Assembly (NCBI GenBank): GCA_038087875.1
Contig: JAXLNO010000482.1
Coordinates: 46,857-66,856 of the forward strand
Reading direction: 5' to 3'
Length of the DNA stretch: 20,000 bases
Source of the DNA: Malacoraja senta
Taxonomy: Eukaryota
This document shows positions 1-8,177 of the stretch, piece by piece. A program made the translations under genes and the position numbers. Each line of letters opens with the position of its first letter. Position 1 is the first letter of the stretch. The notes under the pieces are model-generated. The model was not told the origin of the DNA. It saw only the letters and a list, made by a program, of their open reading frames with translations, and did not search any database.

Positions 1-1
1 A

Positions 2-366
2 AGGGCCTGTCCCACTTACGCGACCTTTGCAGGCGACTGCCGGCACCCGTGATAGGTCGCCGAAATTTTCAACATGTTGAAAATTCAGCGGTGACCAGAA
101 AGACGCTACGACTATTTGGAGACCTCTCACGACCATAGGAGACCTCTCACGACCATACAGGCTGTATCGTCGTGAGAGGTCTCCTATGGCCTTGGGAGGT
201 CACCCGCGACATGTCGCCAGGGATCGCCTGTATGGTCGTGAGAGGTCTCCAAAGAGTCGTAGAGTCTTTCTGGTCGCCGCTGAATTTTCAACATGTTGAA
301 CATTTCGGTGACCTGTCACGGGTGCCAGCAGTTGCCTGTAAAGGTCGCGTAAGTGGGACAGGCCCT
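2..366. mobile_element. Palindromic MITE, PIF/Harbinger-like
   Basis: Ends AGGGCCTGTCCCACT...AGTGGGACAGGCCCT. Inverted arms of ~136 bp (2-137 vs ~231-366, ~9 mismatches). Followed by TTA (367-369); base 1 is A, consistent with a TTA TSD. No ORF. Confidence 0.8.
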
Positions 367-396
367 TTACTCCAGCACCTTGTGCCGTCTATTTTG
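367..396 (+). mobile_element. 3' fragment of the PLE/hammerhead module, the MITE's target
   Basis: TTACTCCAGCACCTTGTG matches the module tail GAGTTACTCCAGCACTTGT seen at 10331-10349. Confidence 0.55.
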
Positions 397-420
397 AAGT
401 TATTTGAACTTTTTTGAAGC

Positions 421-510
421 TCAAGAGTCAAGAGTGTTTTATTGTCATATGTCCCAGATAGAACAATGAAATTCTTACTTGCTGCAGCGGAACAGAATAT
501 GCAAACATAG
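421..510 (-). mobile_element. LINE 3' terminus, Rex1/Babar-like; probable continuation of 1145-1565
   Basis: Minus strand reads ...GAATTTCATTGTTC...ATGACAATAAAACA(CTCTTGA)2, i.e. a polyA signal plus a tandem tail. Confidence 0.65.
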
Positions 511-520
511 TGGGGGGCGG

Positions 521-1144
521 GGGGAATCAGGAAACGCATCCCCAGCATATCAGAGCTTCAGAGAACGATTTTCGCAATTCAGACAGTCTTAAAATGGAGA
601 TTTCAAAGAGTAGGTCTATTCGTGGCCACCATGCAAAGAGTTGCCATGCTCTAGTCCAACCTGGGTGGAAGGAATCCAGAATATGTGATGGAGGACCATG
701 CGGCAATGGGGAGAAGATGCTAACTCCACACAAGTCAGGACGCTTTCGTTTAATTTAGTTTAGCGATACAGTGCGGGAACAGGCCCTTCGGCCCACCCAT
801 AAGATCATAAGTGAGAGGAGTAGAATTAGCCCATTCGACCCATCGAGTTTACTCCGCCATTGTATCATGGCTGATCTATCTTTCTCTCCTAACCCCATTA
901 TCCCGCCTTCAGTGTGGCGGCGCCCTGTGGCAGCGGCTCAACTGCAGTCCGTCTGTCTTTTCTTTCTTTTTGTCCTGTTAGGTGAATGTTTTTGGTTTAA
1001 GTTTTACTTTATTTTTAGATGTGTATATGTGGGGGGGTGGGGGAAACTTTTTAATCTCTTCCCTGAACGGGGACGCGATCTTTTCCCTGTCGAGTCTCAG
1101 TTGTCGTTGGGGCCTAACATCGTGGAGGCGGCGGCCTCCAACCG
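521..1144 (+). repeat. Dispersed duplication, copy of 8178-8795
   Basis: Direct alignment gives 12 substitutions and 2 indels over ~620 bp. It carries the same SINE-tail / CR1 / GC-element junctions as the donor. Confidence 0.95.
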
Positions 1145-1565
1145 ATATAAATGAGGAAAAGAAAGTTCAGTGTGTGTATATATATATACACATACATACT
1201 CACAAATACACATCTACAGTATACAGATCATATATATATATATATACACACACCTAAAAAACAAACAAACAATAATAGTGCAATCATAACAATAATAGGC
1301 CATGTAGTTCAGAGCTTATTTGGAGGTTGTCGTGCTTAATAGCCTGATGGCTGTAGGGAAGAAGCTGTTCCTGCACCTGGACGTTACAGTTTTCAGGCTC
1401 CTGTACCTTCTTCCCGATGGCAGGAGTGAAATGAGTGTGTGGTCAGGGTGGAGTGGGTCTCCGATGATGCTGGCTGCCCTATTGAGGCAGCGACTCCTGT
1501 AGATCCCTTCGATGGTGGGGAGGTCAGAGCCAGTGATGGGACTGGGCAGTGTTCACAACTTTTTG
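1145..1565 (-). mobile_element. Rex1/Babar LINE 3' coding end and UTR
   Basis: Minus translation, with one frameshift: QKVVNTAQS.TGSDLPTIEGIYRSRCLNRAASIIGDPLHPDHTLISLLPSGRRYRSLKTVTSRCRNSFFPTAIRLL. This is the Rex1/Babar C-terminal LLPSGRRYRS..NSFFP motif. Confidence 0.85.
1171..1252. repeat. Compound (TG)/(TA)/(CA) microsatellite
   Basis: gtgtgtatatatatatacacatac...tatatatatatatatacacacac. Confidence 0.8.
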
Positions 1566-2049
1566 GGATGGAGAGAGGCTCTAACTCCTTCCCAAAAAGA
1601 GCTTGATCCCAATGTTAAAGTGCACGGGTTAATGCTAAAGTGTGGTTGCCACCACATTCTGCAGTTGTTTCGTTTAAACGAGTTACTGCTGTGAAAACTA
1701 CTCGAGCTCACTAGGGAGCAGAAGCATAATGAAATGAATTATGTTGGAAAATGAAGCAAAGGTTGAATAACGCCATTGTGGAGAGACAGCCATCAAAAGG
1801 AGGACAATTTATTTTGATTGTACTGTGGTCACAGAGTCTGGATACCAGACCCAGTTTCCCCCACGTGTCCATAACCTCAGTCAATCCTGTTTAGTGTTTA
1901 CATTCACTTTCTTGTGCCTGGAGTTTTACTTGGACTTTCCAAACGTTGATTCAATGCAAATATTTTGATTTTGCTCTTTTTTTCAGGAGATGTCACAGGG
2001 AAGATGTTGGCGAGCTGGAATGGGAGCAGAGATAGATTTACGAGGATGT

Positions 2050-2540
2050 GGGTATGAAGGAACTGCAGATGCTGGTTCAAACCAAAGATAGAAACAAAAT
2101 GCTGGAGCAACTCAGCGGGACAGGCAGCATCTCTGGAGAGGAGGAATGGGTGACGTTTCTGGTCAATAGACAATAGACAATAGGTGCAGGAGTAGTCCAT
2201 TTGGCCCTTCGAGCCAGCACCGCCATTCAATGTGATCATAGGCAATAGACAATAGACAATAGGTGCAGGAGTAGGCCATTCGGCCCTTCGAGCCAGCACC
2301 GCCATTCAATGTGATCATGGCTGATCATCCACAATCAGTACCCCGTTCCTGCCTTCTCTCCATATCCCTTAACTCCGCTATCCCTAAGAGCTCTATCTAA
2401 CTCTCTCTTCAAAGCATCCAGAGAACCCTCTGAGGCAGAGAATTCCACACACTCACAACTGTGTGAAAAAGTTTTTCCTCATCTCCGTTCTAAATGGCTT
2501 ACCACTTATTCTTAATATTCGTCGAGATCCTTCTTCAGAT
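2050..2540 (-). mobile_element. PLE/hammerhead module (2050-2164 + 2521-2540), split by a CR1 insertion
   Basis: Rejoined minus strand reads ATCTGAAGAAGGATCTCGAC/CAGAAACGTCACCCATTCCTCCTCTCCAGAGATGCTGCC...CAGCATCTGCAGTTCC. 8-bp TSD GAGGATGT. Confidence 0.8.
2164..2520 (-). mobile_element. CR1 LINE 3' end with (CTATTGT)n tail and duplicated terminus
   Basis: Homologous to the 3' end of 10868-13552. The terminal 79 bp are tandemly repeated (2164-2242, 2243-2321). Confidence 0.9.
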
Positions 2541-2978
2541 GAGGATGTTGCCAGGACTAGAGGGTCTGATACATAGGGAAAGGTTGAGTAGGCTGGGACT
2601 CTATTCCTTGGTGCGCAGCAGGATGAGGGGTGATCTTGTAGAGGTGTATGAAATCAAGAGAAGATAGATCGGGTAGACGCACAGTCTCTTGCCCAGAGTA
2701 GGCGAACCAAGGGCCAGAGGACATCGGTTTAAGGTCAAGGTGAAAAGATTTAATAGGAATCTGAGGGGTAACGTTTTGACACAGAGAGGGTGGTGGGTGT
2801 ATGGGACAAACTGCCAGAGGACGTAGTTGGGGCAGGGACTATCCCAGCGTTTAAGAAACAGTTAGACAGGTACATGGATAGGACATGTTTTGAGGGATAT
2901 GGGCCAAACGCGGGCAGGTAGCTGGGACATTGTTGGCCGGTGTGGGCAAGCTGGGATGAAGGGCCTGTTTCCACACTG

Positions 2979-3073
2979 GACAGACAGCACCCGTAGCCAG
3001 GATCCAACCCGGGTCTCTGGTGCTTGCAAGCATTGCAAGGCAGCAACTCTACCGCTGTGCCACCGTGCTGCCC
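2979..3073 (-). mobile_element. tRNA-derived SINE head (HE1/V-SINE-like)
   Basis: Minus strand GGGCAGCACGGTGGCACAGCGGTAGAG...CCCGGGTTGGATCCTGG, with A- and B-box-like motifs. Confidence 0.85.
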
Positions 3074-3503
3074 AATCCCGAGTATTTTTTTAATGTTAGA
3101 CACTATTAAACAACAGAAGCAAATGCAGATAGTAGCAAGAGCAAGAAATGTGTGTGCTATTAAAACAATTAATTTTACTAACTCCTGTTTCAGTTAGAAA
3201 TAATAAACTCTTGCTAGCTACATTGCATGATTTTGACGTTGTGGTTTATTTTTTTGTGTCGTTTCACAGCCCACGAATGTCATGTTCACCTGAATCTAGC
3301 GGAGTTGCCACGAGATTGCCTCTTGATTAAATTTGAAAAGCTTAGGTTAATTAGTCTTAAAACAGTAATGTACACTGTATAAATATACAGACATGTTCAG
3401 CATTATATCACTGTCCATCAGGTACATTAGCCAGCATGACTGTAATTAAATTATATGACTAGCTTCCTCCGGGTTAAGACCAAGCAAGCAGCAATCAGTT
3501 CCG

Positions 3504-3577
3504 TTTACTTTAGTTTAAAGATACAGCATGGAAACATGCCCTTTGGCGCACTGAGTCCATGCCGACCATCGATCACC
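3504..3577 (-). mobile_element. SINE 3' tail fragment
   Basis: Matches the 3' end of the full SINEs at 4862-5491, ending TGTATCTTTAAACTAAAG. Confidence 0.75.
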
Positions 3578-3578
3578 A

Positions 3579-3764
3579 GGGCGGCCACGGTGGTGCAGCA
3601 GTAGAGCTGCTGCCATGCAGCGCTTGCAGCGGCGTAGACCCGGGTTCGATCCTGACTACGTGTGTGTGTACGTTCTCCCCGTGACCTGTGTGGGTTTTCT
3701 CCGACATCTTCGGTTTCCTCCCACACTCCAAAGACGTACAGGTTTGTAGGTTAATTGGCTTGGT
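3579..3764 (+). mobile_element. V-SINE (HE1-like) head and V domain
   Basis: A box TGGTGCAGCAG and B box GGTTCGATCCT. V core CGTTCTCCCCGTGACCTGTGTGGGTTTTCTCC...GGTTTCCTCCCACACTCCAAAGAC. Confidence 0.9.
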
Positions 3765-3774
3765 GTGTGTGTGT

Positions 3775-3897
3775 CACCCGGAGAAGACCCATGCAGTCAC
3801 GGGGAGAACGTACAAACTCTGTACAGACAGCAATCGTAGTCAGGATCGAACCCGGGTCTCTGGTGCTGTAAGGCAGCAACTCCACCACTGCGCCACT
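3775..3897 (-). mobile_element. V-SINE head and partial V domain
   Basis: Reverse complement of the same head and core (CAGGATCGAACCCGGG, GGGGAGAACGTAC). Confidence 0.85.
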
Positions 3898-4009
3898 CAG
3901 CTGACCTACAACCTACTCACTCCCCAAGTTAATAAGTCCTGAAGTTGATAACTAGCACCAACTAGTAATAACATGTCTCAAACTACCAGAAACAGGGAAT
4001 GGCATTAAT

Positions 4010-4100
4010 ACACAAAAGGACACAAAGTGCTGGAGTAATTCAGGCAACATCTCTGGAGAGAAGGAATGGGTGATGTTTCGGGACGAGACCCTTCTTCAAC
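4010..4100 (-). mobile_element. PLE/hammerhead module, degenerate
   Basis: Minus strand TTGAAGA-A-GGGTCTCGTCCC-GAAACATC-ACCCATTCCTTCTCTCCAGAGATGTTGCC. Confidence 0.8.
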
Positions 4101-4148
4101 TAGCTCCTTCATCTTGCTGACTTTGAGGAAGATGTTGTTGTCCTGACA
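4101..4148 (-). mobile_element. Rex1/Babar RT micro-fragment
   Basis: Minus translation CQDNNIFLKVSKMKEL resembles the WC..NNL.LN..KTKEL RT motif. Confidence 0.6.
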
Positions 4149-4195
4149 CTGAAGAGGGGTCTCGACCCCGGAACATCACCTATTCCTTCTCAGAG
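4149..4195 (+). mobile_element. PLE/hammerhead module, 5' part
   Basis: CTGAAGA-GGGGT-CTCG-ACCCC-GGAACATC-ACCTATTCCTTCTC; the GAAA is mutated. Confidence 0.75.
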
Positions 4196-4593
4196 TTCAG
4201 GTAGATGATAAGGGAATAATGTTTAGTGCAAGGTAAAGCTAGTAAAGTCCAGTCAAAGATAGTCCCACGGTCACCATTGAGGTGGATAATAGTTCAGCAC
4301 TGCTCTCTGTAGTTGTGGTAGAATGGGTCAGTTGCCTGATAACAGCTGGGAAGAAACTGTCCCTGAATTTGGAGGTGTGCGTTTTCACACTTCTGTACCT
4401 CTTTCCCGATGGGAGAAGAGGAGAAGAGGGAGTGGCCAGGGGTGCGACTGGTCCTTGATGATGCTGCTGGCCCAGCCGAGGCAGCGTGAGGTATAGTTTG
4501 AGTCAATGGAAGGGATGTTTGTTTGTGTGATGGTCTGGGCTGCCTCCACATTTCGCTGCAATTTCTTGCGAATTTGGATGGAGCTGTTCCCAA
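4196..4593 (-). mobile_element. Rex1/Babar LINE 3' fragment
   Basis: Minus translation with frameshifts: GNSSIQIRKKLQRNVEAAQTITQTNIPSIDSNYTSRCLGWASSIIKDQSHP...SGKRYRSVKTHTSKFRDSFFPAVIRQL. UTR is homologous to 6455-6580. Confidence 0.88.
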
Positions 4594-4861
4594 TTTCATG
4601 CGGGCTTGGTGAGTCTTTTGCAGTTGGTTCTGTAAATGCTACATAGCATGCTGGCTACAGGGGGACTAAATGTTTAGCTTGCTGTGTAGTGTGTTAATCA
4701 ACTGGGCTGCTGTGGCCTGGAGAGGAACTTTGACTCATTTCTTGGCTCCTCTTGCGGAATTTGACAAATTAAGGAGTTGACACAAGTTACTGCATGTCTT
4801 TCATTCAAGTTTATTTTTGTACATTTCTTGTCTACCATCATTTCTCCTCTGGCTTAATTCC

Positions 4862-5168
4862 TTTAGCTTTAGCTTAGAGATGCAGCGTGGAAACGGGCAC
4901 TTTGGTCCACCTTGTCCGCGCCGACCAGCGATCACCCCCTCACCAGTTCTATCCTACACACCAGTGACAATTTACAATTTACAGAAGCCAATTAAATCCA
5001 ACAAACCTGCACGGCTTTGGAGTGTGGGAGGAAACCGGAGCGCCCGGAGAAAACCCACGCGGCCACGGGGAGAATGTACGAATCCCGTGCAGACAGCACC
5101 CGTGGTCAGGATCGAACCTGGGTCTCTTGCGCTGCGAGGCAGCAACCCTACCGCTGCGCCGCTGTGCT
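4862..5168 (-). mobile_element. Full-length V-SINE (HE1-like)
   Basis: tRNA head, V core, CR1-like 3' end and (CTAAG/CTAAA)n tail. Confidence 0.9.
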
Positions 5169-5181
5169 ATCCTGTCGCAGC

Positions 5182-5491
5182 TTAGTTTAGTTTAGAGATA
5201 CGGTGCGGAAACAGGCCTTTCGGCTCACCGAGTCCGCACCGACCAGCGATCCCCGCACATTAACACTATCCTATACACACCAGGGACAATCAACATTTAT
5301 ACCAAGCCAATTAGCCTACAAACCTGTTGGTATTTGGAGTGCGGGAGGAAGCCGGAGCACCTGGGGAAAACGCACGCGGTCACAGGGAAAAAGTACAAAC
5401 TCCGTACAGACAGCCCCATGCAGTCAGGATCAAACCCAGGTCTTTGGAGCTGTAAGGCAGCAACTCTACCGCTGCGCCACCAAGCCGTCCC
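5182..5491 (-). mobile_element. Full-length V-SINE (HE1-like)
   Basis: Same tripartite structure with a (CTAAA)n tail, head-to-tail with the previous copy. Confidence 0.9.
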
Positions 5492-6000
5492 GTCGCAGTT
5501 TGCGTGTGCCCTATGCAAAGAAGGAGATTTCTCAAAATGTGCAACCCCTCCACTCTTTCCCACCTTTACTAGTGTTTCTGTCCATTGTTTCCCAAAGCCG
5601 GATATTATTTATAAAAACTTCCCCTCCACATGCATTGATTGGAACATTTCTGGAGCTGAGTGGATCCCAAGAGGACATTTTGCTGCATGCATATCTCCCG
5701 CTGGGATTGTTAAACAAATACAACTTTAATGAATGCAGCTCTCATTGCCTGAGGCCGCATTATGCAAAGTTTACAGAAATTATGGGGATTCGATAATAGT
5801 TGCACTCTACCCTTTATGGTTTTCATCGAATAACATTCTCTCTCTGTGGTTTAGTTAAACTTTTAAAGATTTCTTGAAACTTTTCACTCGTGCACTACTT
5901 AATCACCATTTTCTGTTTGGCTAACCACTGGCTACGTCCTTTGCCTTCATCCGCCTCTCTCTGTGTAAAGAACTAGCCCTGCCCATCTCCTTCAAACTTC

Positions 6001-6082
6001 AGTTTTGGTTTTAGAGATAGTGAGCGTGGAAGTAGGTCTTTTGGCCCACAGAGTCCACGCCAACCTCCGATCACCCGTACAC
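6001..6082 (-). mobile_element. SINE 3' tail fragment
   Basis: TTTAGAGATAGTGAGCGTGGAAGTAGGTCTTTTGGCCCAC..GATCACCCGTACAC resembles 5190-5260. Confidence 0.7.
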
Positions 6083-6093
6083 AACCAGAGAGC

Positions 6094-6190
6094 AGTCTGA
6101 AGAAGGGTTTCGGCCCGAAACGTTGCCTATTTCCTTCGCTCCATAGATGCTGCCTCACCCGCTGAGTTTCTCCAGCGTTTTTGTCTACCT
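6094..6190 (+). mobile_element. ~95-bp PLE/hammerhead module
   Basis: Near-identical (~4 differences) to the reverse complement of 18456-18549. It interrupts a Rex1 UTR. Confidence 0.88.
6095..6127 (+). ncRNA. Minimal type-I hammerhead ribozyme motif (PLE-associated variant)
   Basis: CUGAAGA-A-GGGU(UUCG)GCCC-GAAA-CGUU. The AACGUU palindrome replaces stem III and stem I is very short. Activity untested. Confidence 0.7.
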
Positions 6191-6281
6191 ACGATCTATC
6201 TCATTGTTGTCCCTCGGACTATCCTTGATTGGACTTTGCTGGCTTTACCTTGCACTAAACGTTATTCCCTTTTCATGTACT

Positions 6282-6719
6282 GTATACCTCACGCTGCCTT
6301 GGAAGGGCCAGCAGCATAATGAAGGATGAGTCACACCATGGCCACTCCCTCTTCTCCCCTCTCCCCTCTCCCATCAGGCATAAGGTATAGAAGTGCGAAA
6401 ACGCACACCTCCAGATTCAGGAACAATTTCTTCCCAGCTGTTGTCAGGCAACTGAATCATCCTACCACAAAAAGAGAGCAGTGCTGAATTACTATCTACC
6501 TCATTGGTGACCCTCGGACTATCTTTGATCGGACTTTACTGGCTTTACCTTGCACTAAACATTATTCCCTTATCATGTATTTTTACACTGAATGGCTCGA
6601 TTGTAATCATGTATTGTCTTTCTGCTGACTGGTTAGCACGCAACAAAAACTTTTCACTGTACCTCGGTACATGTGACAATAAAATAAACTAAACTCAACT
6701 AAACTCAACTAAACTAAAC
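6282..6719 (+). mobile_element. Rex1/Babar LINE 3' end with (AAACT)n tail
   Basis: YTSRCLGRASSIMKDESHHGHSLFSPLP...YRSAKTHTSRFRNNFFPAVVRQLN, then TGACAATAAAATAAACT(AAACT)n. Confidence 0.9.
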
Positions 6720-6736
6720 ATTGCTACTCTTTATAG

Positions 6737-7331
6737 GTTGGGAGGTCGTGTTGCAGTTGTATAAGACATTGGTGAGGCCGCATTTAGAGTATTGTGTTCA
6801 GTTCTGGGCACCATGTTATAGGAAAGATGTTGTCAAGCTGGAAAGGGTGCAGAGAAGATTTACGATGTTGCCAGGACTGGAGGGTCTGCGCTATGGGGAA
6901 GGTTGAGCAGGCTGGGACTCTATTCCTTGGAGCGCAGGAGGATGAGGGATGATCTTATTGAGGTGTATAAGATCATGCGAGGAATAGACCAGGTAGATGC
7001 ACAGAGTCTCTTGCCCAAATCGAGGACCAGAGGACATAGGTTTAAGGTGAAGGGGAAAAGATTTAATAGGAATCTAAAAGGTAACTTTTTCACACAAAGG
7101 GTGGTGGATGTATGGAACGACCTGCCAGAGGAGGTTGTTAAGGCTGGGACTATCCCCAACTTTTAAGAAACAGTTAGACAGGTACATGGACAGGACTGGC
7201 TTGGAGGGATATGGGCCAAACACGGGCTGGTGGGACTAGTGTAGCTGGGACATGTTGGCCGGTGTGGGCAAGTTAGGCCAAAGGGCCGGTTTCCACACTG
7301 TATCACTCTGCAACTCTCTGACTCTTTGTGA
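6737..7331 (+). mobile_element. CR1 LINE 3' fragment
   Basis: ORFs 6721-6906 and 6903-7166 encode [17 protein letters not shown]...LERVQRRFT...LGLYSLERRRMR...TRGH...FFTQRVV. 3'UTR and degenerate (ACTCT..)n tail follow. Confidence 0.92.
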
Positions 7332-7576
7332 TCTGGGCAGTCTTCCAATTCTGGCAATCGATCTTTTTCCTGTCACCGCTTCATCTGTTGATGCGTTGAA
7401 CTCCCGTCTCTGTTATGTTTAAATGGAGATGTTCACCATGATTATTATAAATGGGTTCATGGCTCCACCAAACTATTTGCAAAAGGAACGTCTTGAGACA
7501 GAAGCAAGTACTTGCATGTTAATCCTTAGTGCATTTGTACCTATCATGTTAAGCGATTGGGTGCCTGTGAATGGAC

Positions 7577-7838
7577 AATATTATCAACATTTATTTCATG
7601 GTCATTCCAAGGGAGTAAATTCGATGATTTACAAGAGGCACAAGAGACTACAAATGCTGGGCAGTAAAAGCAAACTCCTGCTTTGGATCAAGCAGATTGT
7701 TTTTGGTCATTTACTACATCATAGAAACATAGAAAGATAGAAAATAGGTGCAGGAGGAGGCCATTTGGCCATTCGAGCCTGCACCGCCATTCATGGTGAT
7801 CATGGCTGATCATCCACAATCAGTAACTCGTGCCTGCC
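7577..7838 (+). repeat. Donor or paralog of the duplication at 19048-19309
   Basis: Same non-CR1 segment and same junction with the CR1 tail (TACTACATC|ATAGAAACAT). Confidence 0.9.
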
Positions 7839-8015
7839 TTCCCCCCATATCCCTTGATTCCGCTCGCCCCCAGAGCTCTATTTAACTCTCTTTTTAATCC
7901 ATCCAGTGAATTGGCCTCTACTGCCTTCTGTGGCGGAGAATTCCACAAATTCACAACTCTCTGGCTGAAAAAGTTTTTTCTCATCTCAGTTTTAAATGGC
8001 CTACCCTTTATTCTT
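7720..8015 (-). mobile_element. CR1 LINE 3' end, (TTTCTATG)n tail
   Basis: Homologous to 10868-11155 and to the reverse complement of 17980-18273. Confidence 0.9.
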
Positions 8016-8042
8016 CCCTTTATCGAGCTCCTACTACTACCA

Positions 8043-8170
8043 GAGCGCCCGGAGAAAACCCACGCGGGTCACGGGGAGAATGTACAAACTCCGTACAGAC
8101 TGGCACCTGTAGTCGGGATCGAACCCGGGTCTCTGGCGCTGTAAGGCAGCAACTCTGCGCCACCGTGCCA
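8043..8170 (-). mobile_element. V-SINE head and partial V domain
   Basis: GGAGAAAACCCACGCGGGTCACGGGGAGAATGTAC...GGATCGAACCCGGG. Confidence 0.85.
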
Positions 8171-8177
8171 CCGATCT

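Larger units (their letters stand above)
1998..2978 (+). mobile_element. CR1 LINE 3' fragment, interrupted at 2050-2540
   Basis: Degenerate [23 protein letters not shown]...RGHRFKV...F.TQRVV coding end, then 3'UTR GAAGGGCCTGTTTCCACACTG. GAGGATGT is duplicated at 2042-2049 and 2541-2548. Confidence 0.85.
6081..6281 (+). mobile_element. Rex1/Babar 3'UTR fragment, host of the 6094-6190 insertion
   Basis: 6081-6096 plus 6189-6281 align to 6467-6580. Confidence 0.8.

Noticed and set aside
118..250. CRISPR-like repeats of a 20-mer
   Set aside because: The copies are adjacent or inverted with no unique spacers, lie inside a MITE, and the context is eukaryotic with no cas genes.
1965..2050. Splice acceptor TTTTTTTCAG and a possible exon
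   Set aside because: It leads straight into a degenerate CR1, with no convincing donor or coding signal.
5203..5796. 197-aa ORF
   Set aside because: The first half is the antisense of a SINE, and no domain or splice structure is recognisable.
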